NCBI GenBank assembly: GCA_009859145.1
Contig: VRVR01000042.1
Location: 172,806-236,805 of the forward strand
From: Andalucia godoyi And28
Taxonomy: Eukaryota > Protista > Jakobida
Direction of reading: 5' to 3'
Length of the DNA stretch: 64,000 nucleotides
The first letter of the stretch is position 1. Every line of letters begins with the position of its first letter. The notes under the pieces were generated by a model. That model ran no database searches, had not been told where the DNA came from, and worked only from the letters and a program-made list of their open reading frames with translations. Made by a program: the position numbers and the translations under genes. Below are positions 10,566-20,816 of the stretch, one piece after another.

Positions 10566-10799
10566 TTGAATAATAACACGTCATTGGCATGCATACGGAA
10601 GTATCCATAAACAGACACGGTCGATACTGGCCGACACTAGCACGTTTTGTTTCACAGGAATTCATGCTTACGCACGCTCGGCCAAAATTCAGCCGGTGAC
10701 ACGTGTTGGGACCTATCTCCTTCCCGGCAACGGGATGCAAGATTGAATATGCATATCTACGAATAGACATGCATGCATGTTCATTGTATAATGTAGGCG
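10566..10799 (+). mobile_element. Non-autonomous IS607/Fanzor2-like element, subfamily 1 (copy A, 234 bp, coding region almost entirely deleted)
   Basis: Its left ~120 nt and right ~95 nt match 61297-61712 and the reverse complement of 43941-44321. Preceded by CCG; ends TGTAGGCG. Confidence 0.8.
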
Positions 10800-11033
10800 T
10801 ATGCTTCTCTCGGACCGTTTCCTGTAGATACCTCCTCGTTGGCTGATTCGCGACTGTAGTCTACGAGTGTGTGAGATTTTTTTTCCCGCCGCCGGACATT
10901 TTCTTGTGGCGCGAAGACAAACTCCCGAAATTCCTTTTTGATATCTTTCCTTTTCACAGAGCATCATCCTTGTTTTCCCGAGCTTCACCGTGTCCGTATA
11001 CCAATCTCCAATGCATGTGTTTTAAGATCTAAC

Positions 11034-11073
<40 letters not shown>

Positions 11074-11114
11074 GTATTGGTTATTTAAAAATTAGAAAAA
11101 GGAATAAAGCAAAC

Positions 11115-11161
<47 letters not shown>

Positions 11162-11183
11162 AAGCAGGAGGAGAGACAGAAAG

Positions 11184-11726
11184 ATGGCGTCGGTTCGGAT
11201 TCTAAATGTGAGCGTTCTTCAGAATCCCGGTCGGTTTCTGGATTCGATTGTGCTTGAGATTGAGTTTGAAAGTGTTGCAGATCTGAAGAGCGATTTGGAG
11301 TTTTCGGTTGTTTACGTCGGGTCTCCAGAGAACAATCAGTTTGACCAGGTTCTGGAGGAGATTGAAGTCGGGCCGATTCCAAAGGGTGTGATGAAGTTCC
11401 AACTCGAGTGTCCACCCCCGGATGTAACCAAAATCCCCGCGAATGAACTTTTGGATGTGACTGCAGTTCTCGTAAGCTGCAAGTTCCAATCGAACGAGTT
11501 CGCCAGAATCGGATACTATGTCAACAACACATACGACGAAGCACATGCAGAATGGAACCTCACGCCACCTGACGTGCCGCAAGTCGAATTCATCATCCGG
11601 AACATCCTGTCCGACAAACCCAGACACACAGTCTTCAAAATCAACTGGTCGGAGGAAGAAGACAGCCATAGTACGGAAATCGCAGGTGGCTCTGCTTCCA
11701 ACATCGTCTCCACAACAAGCAACTAA
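11184..11726 (+). CDS. ASF1: Histone chaperone ASF1
   Basis: YVGSPE...DQVLEEIEVGPIPKG...GYYVNN...RNILSDKPR. ATG at 11184; the upstream ORF extension is microsatellite. 180 aa. Confidence 0.97.
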   Translation: MASVRILNVSVLQNPGRFLDSIVLEIEFESVADLKSDLEFSVVYVGSPENNQFDQVLEEIEVGPIPKGVMKFQLECPPPDVTKIPANELLDVTAVLVSCKFQSNEFARIGYYVNNTYDEAHAEWNLTPPDVPQVEFIIRNILSDKPRHTVFKINWSEEEDSHSTEIAGGSASNIVSTTSN

Positions 11727-12360
11727 GAATCAAAGAAGAAGAAAGCAAAACCGGAGAAAACGCCAATTCAGTGCAATTTCCGGAGGTCTGGGTGTTCACC
11801 AGTCGACATGGATGTATCGTAGATGCTGCTTTGTTCAGTTCAGTTCAGTTCAGTGTAAAGAAAACATATAACCCTCCAACCCAGAGGTCTGGTGGACGGC
11901 TGTGAATATCATCAGATAGTATGGCTGACGGTGTGCAGCCGTCGACATTGCTGTTGAGTGAAAGCCGACCTTTTCCCTCCTGCAGATTGCTGCTACCGTT
12001 TGTTGTTGTTGTTGTTGTTGTTGTGCGTTTTTGGACGTTTCTTCTCGATGTCACACAGCATCAACTGGCATCCGTATTGCCGGTGGGAAAAATGCCGTCC
12101 CGCATCTGCTGCGGCGTCTGCAACACCGAGCGTCCGAGTGCATTCTCCAACTCGACCGCCCGTCTTGTCACACACAACACACACTTTCTCTCGAGTCACA
12201 TCCGCTGACACACACGCACAGTCACAGTCACAGTCACACACATTAAGGAGCAACGACAGCCACAAAAAAACTCAAGTTGGTGGTTTCTCCTTGTTCAAAA
12301 CGTGCAACAGCATGCGATTTTCCACAAGTCGTTTTTGATTCCATATTGCGTGTGGATCGA

Positions 12361-13599
12361 ATGGATTTGCACTCAATAGCCGCGATGTCGATGCTGTGTT
12401 CTCCAAAGGTGGCTGCTGCGTCGAATGCACTTGTCGATTTCCTGCCACCGTCACCGAGTGTGCTGCACCACCACCACGATTCTTCCTGTTGTGCATTCTG
12501 CGTGGAGCCTGCACAAGACCATGCACTCTCCGTGAGTCCAGCTTTGCTTGAATCTCGCCTCGGCAGTGACCACAGCGATGTGTTCGAGCCTCTGTACGCA
12601 GATTCGAGCTCTAGTTCCAATGGCGCTGAGGACGGCGCTTCTCCACTGTCGGAGTCCACATTGCGATTCAATCCCGAGCCACTGCCACTGCCACTGCCAC
12701 TGCGACCGCAGACACAGTCGCATGAAAAGAAATGCAGAAATGCAAGGGCGTGCACTCTTTGCAGAAAACTCAAGCAGACGTGCGATGGCAATGGCCGAGA
12801 TCCTTGTTCGCGATGCACGAGTCGTCTCGAACCACACTTGTGCATCTATGCTCTTCGAAAGAAGCGGTGCGAGAAAGCAGCGGTTATTCCACGGCAGAAT
12901 GTGATCGGCCAGCCGACTCCGGAGGACTTCCAGAACGTGTCGTGCAGCCCTCATGTCCAAGGCTATCGCGCAATTCTTCGACAAGAACTCGTCGCAAAAG
13001 CATTGTTTGTGCTTCGAACTCACAGGCAAAAGCGCACAGACGGTGATGAGATAGTCAGAATGATTTCTGCGATGGACGACGAAACTCTTCGTTGCGTTGC
13101 CGACGAGCTGACGCTGTTTCAAGAGGACGAGGACATGCGGTTCACGCTCACCAATTCTTTGGAGTCTGTCGTCGAACGGGATGCCGGTTTTCGTTCGGCT
13201 TATCTGCGATGCGTCGATTATATCGAGTCTTCCAGTCGAATTGCTCTGCTTCTTGATACGAAAGGGGGCATTGTGCACATGAGCCCAGCACTGCGGCGTG
13301 AATCTCCGTTTTCCGTGGAGGACCTGCGAAGCGGGGCTGCAGGGCTGCAGTTTTTCTTTGATCCTTCTGATGTCCCGAAACACGCTGTCAAGATGCACGT
13401 CATTCGATGCGCCCACGATCGGAACACCATGCGAAGCGTTGTCCAAGTTTCCTTTCGACAAACCGATGGAACCTTCCAACCGATGTTTGGTGCAATCACC
13501 TTTTTACGAACTTCGAAATCCAGATTCAATGCAGCGCTGGGCCTCGAAATGATTCCAATGCCAAAGGGCTTTGTTAATGTTGGAACCTCGCGCAAATGA
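12361..13599 (+). CDS. Zn(II)2Cys6 binuclear-cluster transcription factor with C-terminal PAS-like domain
   Basis: ACTLCRKLKQTCDGNGRDPCSRCTSRLEPHLC fits CxxC-x6-C-x6-CxxC-x8-C. The C-terminal LLLDTKGGIVHMSPAL...FFDPSD segment is PAS-like. First in-frame ATG is at 12361. Confidence 0.8.
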   Translation: MDLHSIAAMSMLCSPKVAAASNALVDFLPPSPSVLHHHHDSSCCAFCVEPAQDHALSVSPALLESRLGSDHSDVFEPLYADSSSSSNGAEDGASPLSESTLRFNPEPLPLPLPLRPQTQSHEKKCRNARACTLCRKLKQTCDGNGRDPCSRCTSRLEPHLCIYALRKKRCEKAAVIPRQNVIGQPTPEDFQNVSCSPHVQGYRAILRQELVAKALFVLRTHRQKRTDGDEIVRMISAMDDETLRCVADELTLFQEDEDMRFTLTNSLESVVERDAGFRSAYLRCVDYIESSSRIALLLDTKGGIVHMSPALRRESPFSVEDLRSGAAGLQFFFDPSDVPKHAVKMHVIRCAHDRNTMRSVVQVSFRQTDGTFQPMFGAITFLRTSKSRFNAALGLEMIPMPKGFVNVGTSRK

Positions 13600-14095
13600 A
13601 ATGTATACACTCACATGTATATATTTAAAAATTACATGTAGGATAATTGCAAAGTGTCCTGATCTTTCTGCTTCCTCCCACCCCGCTGAGCGCGCCTGAG
13701 CCCCACTAAGTGCACGCTGCCACTCCCTGCGGTGGAAGCACATTCTGCAATATCCTTGGAATTTTGCACTTTTGCATTACGACAAGACACGATTTTTCTG
13801 CTCTTTTTTTTGTTTTGTTTTGAGAGGGTTGTCGAAATCGACTCCCGAATTGATGCTGGGCCACAACATTCGCCTCCCACGCGCCCATTCGCGCCAGATT
13901 TATTTGCCAATTCACTCACCTAAGTTACAGTTTTTTCCCCTCGTCAATTTCGTTTTTCTTCTTCTTCCTCGTTCTTGCCTTGTCTTCTTTTTCCCACTTT
14001 GTATCATAAGTTCTGGTCCGCGCTTCTCCATTTCAATCATTCATCCGTCTTCGTTACATTTTTCTTTTCTTTTCTGACACCTGTGTCTGAAGAAA

Positions 14096-17000
14096 ATGTC
14101 GGATCTTCTTGATCAGTTGCTGAATGACTTTGATTATGTGGATACGCTGATTGTCCGTGATGTATATGAAGAATGCCAGAAGAACTACGTCACAGCTCGG
14201 AATATGCTGTCTGACCTGTTTCCTCGTCCGTCGTCATCGACTGTAAAGCGTCTCATTCCTGTTGATGAAGAGGAGAATGCGGATGAAGAAGCGTCTCCCG
14301 AGCCGAAACGACCGAGATCATTGGATCCTCGACGACCGTCGTCTCCTCTTTCTCAGTATGCAGCCTCGCGACCGCTTTCCTATTCCCAGAACGCACATGC
14401 GGTCAGTTCCCAGTCGTTTTCATCGCCCAGCAGCGCACATTCAGTCCATGGAAGTCGCCCGAGCATCCATGAATCGCTGCAGTTGCTGACGGAAATGTTT
14501 CCTGATGCTCCGCACGACCGATTGGAGACGTCGTTGAGACGCGCTGGATTTGATTTGCAAAAGGCGGTTGATCTTTACTTTTCGACAGATTGGAGTTTTG
14601 GAAATTCGTCTGCGAGCAAGAATAAGGCTGGTCAAGGCCAAGCCAAGCCGTCTAGCTCCTGGACGCCACGACCGTCGTCATCATCATCGTCAGCAGCATC
14701 AGGAACAGGAACAGGAACAGGAACAGGAACAGGAACAACAACAACAACAACAACAACAACAACGGCGGCGACGACGGCAGCGGTTCCTGGTTCATCATCG
14801 TCGTCGTCTTCATGGTCATCGTCCTTTTCTGCACAGAGGTCTTCTAGTACTGGGGCTGGTGTTGCCCGGACGGGTCTTAGCACTGCACCAAGTTTGGCTG
14901 CCCAAACGCCAAGAGGGGTTCCGGAGAATGTCCTTTATTCGAACGAGGCGCTGAGCATTGGTGTTCCATCATCAGCTGGTGCTTCCTCGCTTGTGACTGC
15001 GCGGCCTGCTCCGGCCATTCGCCCAGCAATATCAAACGGATCCTCTACAATTTTCAGACGTAGTGGCGATACGGATGACATGCTTGAGATGTTTTTGAGG
15101 TATTCTGCTTTACGCTATGGAAATTCCGACTCCGACTATGATTCTGAAGACGACTATGACTCGGATGTGGGCATTTTTCCTTCTAGCCGAAGAAGAAGGA
15201 CATCCAGGCCATCGAGGCCGGCCTGTTCTGCTCGATTTGTGGAGCAAAATGAGCCTGAAGTACCTGTCGTTTTTGATCCTCCGACCGAGATCGAGGTGTC
15301 TGTCTCGGGATCGTTATTATGGGACAAGCTGACGACCCCGTATAGTGGAACCTGTTCTGCATTGTACGTGAAAGGACTGATTGTTGAACACAAGAACCTG
15401 AGGATGTACCAGAAGTTTCCTGCTGCGGATCCCTCTGATGCCATTCTCGACAGCGAGAGATTCGTCAGTATTTTCAATGCTAAGTTGGATTTGAGTGCGC
15501 AGCTTCAGTTTGATACTTCCGTTCTCAACCAGTGTTTCATTGAACCGGTGCATCCGTACCGTGAGTCAGTGTACGTACATGCTGTCGACCCTTCGTCCAG
15601 AGCATCCGTTTCCCAAGGAGGCGTTTCTCGGGAAATCGCAGCCGCAGTGCATTCTCTGGAGGTGCATCCTCCCGTTCTTTCGCTTTCTTCAGACGGAAAA
15701 CATACCGTCTATCGTGTTGCATGTACAACAAGGCATCCTGCAGTTCCTGCCAGAGCCATGGAATTGCTTCGTCGATTTGTTGAATCCAAGAAGAAACCGT
15801 CAAAGCCAATTCCAGAGTACGTTGATTATGCAGCAACAATTTGTTCCAATGGACTGAAGAGCCAAGATTGGCAGAAATGGATATTTGTTCCGAGTTCGTA
15901 TGCGTTGATGCGAAAACTCGAGGGCGTCACAATACCAAAGTCTCTTTTGACCTTTTTTTTCCGCCATCCCGGGCAGCTCTTGACTGATCTGCCGCTTTCG
16001 AGCTTGCTTTATTCCATTCCTGCACTGCGCTTGTATTACCACTATGGCGAGATCACGGTATTCTTTGATCGCAGGGAGTATCGAAGCCTTCTTCCACGCC
16101 AGGAACACTATGCCCTTCATTCGAAGAGTTCCATCAATCCTGCGGACCGCTGGGCGCTACCGCCTTCGCAGGATGACGCATATTTTGCAGCGTTGCGAAA
16201 ATCCGTCAAGAACACTTTGGAGGAAGACAATCCATTTTTGGATCTGAACGATCCAGATGCACTGTCTCTTAGGAACGTTATCGAAACTCCACTCAAGAAC
16301 ACCGCGGTCGTTCCCTTGGTCAGGAATAATAACAAGAATGCAATGTCGGCAGCAAGGTCACTACTGTCCAAGGAGAAGCTATTGAAGAGGCCTAAATATT
16401 CTCGACGGGTTCTCACTGCAGACGACGACGCCGACGATGATGATGAAGAAGACAATGAAACGGCTGACGGCATGGAAGTCTCCCGAAGCCCAGACGATTC
16501 TGAAAGGAAGCCATCACTTCAGTACACGAGGCCGAGGCGAGCGTGCACTCTCTCTAGAACGTTTGTTTCCACCTCCGACGTGGATGGCGATGGTGATTTC
16601 GATGAGGATGGTCCTGTTGATGATGACGCAGAAGCGGACGAAGTCCCCTGGTCTTTAGAATCGAAGAAAATATCTGCATCTGGACCGTCCTCGACTGAAT
16701 CTTCTCCGGGAAACTGCGTTCATATCCCTGATCCGTCTGTTGCTGACTCTCAAACAGGTTTCGAACACAATGTTAGCGACGCGGATCGTGCCTTGTTGCT
16801 AGATGTGGCCAAGCGGATGGTGAAAGGCATGCAGTCCATGAAAGGAAAAATGCTGCCACATCAGCGCCGAGGTCTCCACTTCATGTTGAAGTTGGAGAAG
16901 ATGGGTGGCAGCCCCTTTGAGCCCATTGCGATGAGCTGGGATAACGGACTCACCGGCTTTGATCTGTACAACACATCCACAGTGTACAAACTGGAAAATC

Positions 17001-19813
17001 CGCTCGAAACAGCGAACATATCTCAGTCGCATGTGATGTCATCCCGCGTTCCCGGCGGTGTTGTTGCTTCTGGTGTTGGCATGGGGAAAACACTGCAATG
17101 CCTGTCATTGATGCTTTGCGGTGATCAAGCTAGCCATCTTCCTATGGGTAGTGGGCCGTCTCTTTCGTCTGCCCGGAAGACTGACATCGGTAGAATGCTC
17201 TCTGTTGCCGAGAGCGTCACCCAGGATCGACTCGAAAGAAAACGAGACCATCCAAAATACGTCAATGTTCCTTCGGAGGCGAACTTGATCTTCGTCCCCC
17301 CGCATTTGTGTTCGCAGTGGCACGACGAGATTTTGAAGTTTATTCCCCAGTGGGAAAAGGACATTTGCTGCATCCGCTCTGTAGTCGACGCACGCAAGCT
17401 CGGGGTAGCGGGCATTGCGAAAAAAAAGGTTGTCATCGTGTCTTACTCGTTTGTGAATCTGGGATACCAAAATCTTCTCGGCTTCACCTTTACCGATGCT
17501 TCTGGAATTGATCCCATGAACTTCCCAGATTTGCCGCTGTGGACGGATCCTCCCTCCAATGTCCAGAACTACCGAACCGATTCCATTTACTTGGCGCCCG
17601 GTGATCCGGATCGCGACCGTTCGCGACGGATCTACAAGTCCTCCAAGTCGATGGATGAATCCGTGGCCAACATGTTGTCGGAAGACAAACATATGTATAA
17701 CGATGTGAATTTGCATCGCATTGCATTCAAGCGTATTTTCTTTGATGAATACCACGAGATGGAGGCCTCCAAGAAGTATGGTGCTTTATCCAAGGTTCTG
17801 TTTCGTCTTTTTGATCGGCGGTTTACATGGCTGTTGTCGGGAACGCCTCTCCTTGCAGTCTCGACACTAACACATCTGAAGAGGACGATTCATAACGTCC
17901 CAGATGGAGCTTGCCATGGACCTCGATTCCGTGTTTCGGAATTGGGTCGTTTACCAGAAAGTGCTCTGACAGTGGATGCAGCAACCCAGGCGGACTGGAA
18001 GAGCTCAGTCAAGCGCGTTTTTGACAAGTTTTTCCCAAGTTTTCGTTCGAACTATGCCATGTGGGCGGCCAACAATGAGCTTGCAGGAGAAGGGCTGCTG
18101 AATGTTTCTTCAGAAGCGATTCCCTACCAGTCAGTTCGAGAATCTAGAAATTCTACTCATACGGGCTTGCACATGGGCTGTAGCACAGGTGCAAGCGAAC
18201 GAGAGGGTTGTCTGGAGCTATCGCTCATGCTTGGCCCATATCTGTGGACACCGGAATGGAGATATCGTCTCGAGCATGCATTTTACGCGCATCACTTCGT
18301 CCTCAATATGCTGTTCCACGGGACCCGAAGGGACTCGCCGAATCTTCAACTTCCCGAGATGGCGTACGACGTGATGGATGTGGAGCTGACGGTTTCGGAG
18401 CGGACGTTGTACTTGTCTCGTCGACTCGATGCATCGCCAGAACAACTGTTACGGCTTTGCTCGCACTTTGATCTTGACAAGGAGCTGTTTGGAAGCATGG
18501 AGCACTCCGAGCTGCTGAATACGGAATCAACCGAGCTGAAGAGCATTCATCAGGTCGCGCAGGAGTTGCAAAACGCCCGCCGGCGGAAAATGGAGAAGCT
18601 GCTTTCGCAATGCGAGGAAGTGAAGAAAGAAGCGTTCCGTGACAAGTGGAAGGACGACCGTCTTGCCCGGTCTCTTGAGCCTCATCAAAAGGAGTATGAC
18701 CGAGTCAAAGCGGCGTTTGAGTTCTTCGACAACATGACAAAGTCTCTGAATTCGGAGTCGAAGAGCTGTCCCATTTGCATGGATGATTTGGTTTCCGAGG
18801 GTGCCATTACAAACTGCGGCCATTTGTTTTGCGCGGAGTGCATTCGACTGCATCTTCAAAAGAACCGCGATTGTCCTATGTGTCGCCAGGAACTTTCATC
18901 CGCGAATTCTTGGAACCTTATCCGATTTGTCGAGCCTGCCGCTGCCCCAGAAAACGAAAACAGTAACGAGAAGGTGGAGGACGCAGACATTGATGAAATT
19001 GACGTTGGCGCCTTTGGGTCGAAAGTCAGGACCTTGGTCGAGTTTATCTCAAATCACCCGTCCTCGCGCACCATTGTCTTTGTGCAGTGGACACGACTTA
19101 TGTTGACGGTTGCTGAAGCGCTCTCTCGCTTGGGCATCAACTGCGGCATGGTTCGTGGAAACGTGTTTGTACGGGAAAAGGCACTTCGCGGATTCAAGGG
19201 TAAGGCTCCGCTTGGCCAGCGTCGCAAGCAGGTTGAAATCAACAATCGGTTTTCAGTGCTTTTGCTTTCCATGGAAGACGCTGCTTCAGGTACCAATCTG
19301 ACGGAAGCCGAGCATGTCATCCTGCTACATCCAATGGATTACTGGCTGAACGCTCGTGAGCGGGCAATTGCTTTTGAAAAGCAAGCAATTGGCCGTGCAT
19401 ACCGTCTTGGGCAAGACCACAATCTTACTGTCCACCGGTTCCTCGCTAACGGAACCATTGAGAAGGATCTGCAGATGCAACTCGTCAATCCCGCCGAGTA
19501 TTTCCAGAACTATACTCCTTCTTCTTCTTCTTCTTCTTCTTCTTCTTCTTCTTCTTCTTCTTCCTCCTCCTCCTCCTCCTCCTCCTCCTGTTCCTCCTCC
19601 TCCTCCCGCTCCTCTGTTTTTCAGAGTTCAGCAGCGACGCCATCGCCGGGAAATATGACTTCAGTGCAGCAGGATACGGAGCGTGCGCATTCGGAAGCCT
19701 GGGCAGCAGTTACCAGTCAGTTTCTCAGCAACTTGAACGACAACGGTGGTGGTCGCAACAGCGGCAAACGCCGAGTCAAGTCCATGCATTCCATGCCCTT
19801 CCACGAAATATGA
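14096..19813 (+). CDS. SNF2-family helicase with RING finger (Rad5/Rad16/SHPRH-like) and N-terminal CUE-like domains
   Basis: LPHQRRGLHFM, GMGKT, FDEYHE, WLLSGTP. C3HC4 RING CPICMD...CGHLFCAEC...CPMCR. HELICc motifs IVFVQW and QAIGRAYRLGQ. CUE-like LTEMFPD...LRRAGFDLQKAVDLY. Confidence 0.92.
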   Translation: MSDLLDQLLNDFDYVDTLIVRDVYEECQKNYVTARNMLSDLFPRPSSSTVKRLIPVDEEENADEEASPEPKRPRSLDPRRPSSPLSQYAASRPLSYSQNAHAVSSQSFSSPSSAHSVHGSRPSIHESLQLLTEMFPDAPHDRLETSLRRAGFDLQKAVDLYFSTDWSFGNSSASKNKAGQGQAKPSSSWTPRPSSSSSSAASGTGTGTGTGTGTTTTTTTTTTAATTAAVPGSSSSSSSWSSSFSAQRSSSTGAGVARTGLSTAPSLAAQTPRGVPENVLYSNEALSIGVPSSAGASSLVTARPAPAIRPAISNGSSTIFRRSGDTDDMLEMFLRYSALRYGNSDSDYDSEDDYDSDVGIFPSSRRRRTSRPSRPACSARFVEQNEPEVPVVFDPPTEIEVSVSGSLLWDKLTTPYSGTCSALYVKGLIVEHKNLRMYQKFPAADPSDAILDSERFVSIFNAKLDLSAQLQFDTSVLNQCFIEPVHPYRESVYVHAVDPSSRASVSQGGVSREIAAAVHSLEVHPPVLSLSSDGKHTVYRVACTTRHPAVPARAMELLRRFVESKKKPSKPIPEYVDYAATICSNGLKSQDWQKWIFVPSSYALMRKLEGVTIPKSLLTFFFRHPGQLLTDLPLSSLLYSIPALRLYYHYGEITVFFDRREYRSLLPRQEHYALHSKSSINPADRWALPPSQDDAYFAALRKSVKNTLEEDNPFLDLNDPDALSLRNVIETPLKNTAVVPLVRNNNKNAMSAARSLLSKEKLLKRPKYSRRVLTADDDADDDDEEDNETADGMEVSRSPDDSERKPSLQYTRPRRACTLSRTFVSTSDVDGDGDFDEDGPVDDDAEADEVPWSLESKKISASGPSSTESSPGNCVHIPDPSVADSQTGFEHNVSDADRALLLDVAKRMVKGMQSMKGKMLPHQRRGLHFMLKLEKMGGSPFEPIAMSWDNGLTGFDLYNTSTVYKLENPLETANISQSHVMSSRVPGGVVASGVGMGKTLQCLSLMLCGDQASHLPMGSGPSLSSARKTDIGRMLSVAESVTQDRLERKRDHPKYVNVPSEANLIFVPPHLCSQWHDEILKFIPQWEKDICCIRSVVDARKLGVAGIAKKKVVIVSYSFVNLGYQNLLGFTFTDASGIDPMNFPDLPLWTDPPSNVQNYRTDSIYLAPGDPDRDRSRRIYKSSKSMDESVANMLSEDKHMYNDVNLHRIAFKRIFFDEYHEMEASKKYGALSKVLFRLFDRRFTWLLSGTPLLAVSTLTHLKRTIHNVPDGACHGPRFRVSELGRLPESALTVDAATQADWKSSVKRVFDKFFPSFRSNYAMWAANNELAGEGLLNVSSEAIPYQSVRESRNSTHTGLHMGCSTGASEREGCLELSLMLGPYLWTPEWRYRLEHAFYAHHFVLNMLFHGTRRDSPNLQLPEMAYDVMDVELTVSERTLYLSRRLDASPEQLLRLCSHFDLDKELFGSMEHSELLNTESTELKSIHQVAQELQNARRRKMEKLLSQCEEVKKEAFRDKWKDDRLARSLEPHQKEYDRVKAAFEFFDNMTKSLNSESKSCPICMDDLVSEGAITNCGHLFCAECIRLHLQKNRDCPMCRQELSSANSWNLIRFVEPAAAPENENSNEKVEDADIDEIDVGAFGSKVRTLVEFISNHPSSRTIVFVQWTRLMLTVAEALSRLGINCGMVRGNVFVREKALRGFKGKAPLGQRRKQVEINNRFSVLLLSMEDAASGTNLTEAEHVILLHPMDYWLNARERAIAFEKQAIGRAYRLGQDHNLTVHRFLANGTIEKDLQMQLVNPAEYFQNYTPSSSSSSSSSSSSSSSSSSSSSSSCSSSSSRSSVFQSSAATPSPGNMTSVQQDTERAHSEAWAAVTSQFLSNLNDNGGGRNSGKRRVKSMHSMPFHEI

Positions 19814-20668
19814 TTCGTTTCTTTGCCGTCATTGTCATGAGTATTGTGTTCAATGTGTGGGTAAACATACTTTCATTCACAAAAAGGACTGAGTTGGCAG
19901 CCGTCGACCCCGCTGTTGAATGAGGGCCAATCAAAGTAATTAAAGTTCTGTTATGTACCGGCGGTGCGACGCAGCCCGCGTGTTTGCCTCCGCCGTCACG
20001 GCACAGGTGTGCAGGCCGCAGTCCAATGCAGCCCTGCCGAATGTCCAGTGCCGCGTGCGAGAAAAGCAGGCCACGGAATCACAGCTTCTCAAGCCGCCGC
20101 TTCCGGGGAACGATGCTGAGCACTCGTCCGCACTCCGCAGTCAGGACAGCACTTGCCTTCCAGTCTTGCAAGTTGATGGACGGTCTACCTTTCCGTTCTT
20201 CGTAAAATGTTTGCAGTTCCCGGCGACTCTTTCTGCATTTCTTCTTTTAATCATGGTGCTTCACGTGAATCCTCATGGTAGTACTGTCCTTGCCATAAGC
20301 TTCATCTCCATCCACAACCTGGTCATCCGTTTCGAAGTTGTAGACTCATCGGCTGGAAAAAAAACATCGCCCTTCCATTTCGGTAGAGCACGGCACGAAC
20401 AACAATGATTACTGATGCATTTGTGTCAGAGATACTGTGTCGATGGCAATATGGTGGGTTTAACGTCATGTTACAGGATTTTACGTCAAAGCCGTGTTTT
20501 ACTTGTGCACGCACTTAGGTCCAACCTCCGTAAAATAAATGAAATAAATAACATAGCAAAACACTGTTCGGCCCCACAGGGGCAAGATAAAACAATGATG
20601 TTGTTTGATGTTCATACACAAAACGGCCAGCTGTCATTTTCGTGAAGACCTGTGATTTTCTTCCGGTT

Positions 20669-20712
<44 letters not shown>

Positions 20713-20816
20713 ACACATACATACACAGAGTTCACTGTTGTTATTGTGACATTAATAAGAACAAGGACAAGGACAAGGACAAGGAAAAGGAAAAGGAAAA
20801 GGAAAAGGAAAAGGAG

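Noticed and set aside
10938-11183. Long N-terminal ORF extensions in the track (ASF1, WD40 20652, LRR 25824, SWIM 37272, DRC7 53707)
   Set aside because: They begin at non-ATG codons and run through microsatellite or poly-purine UTR sequence. Downstream ATGs match the conserved protein starts.
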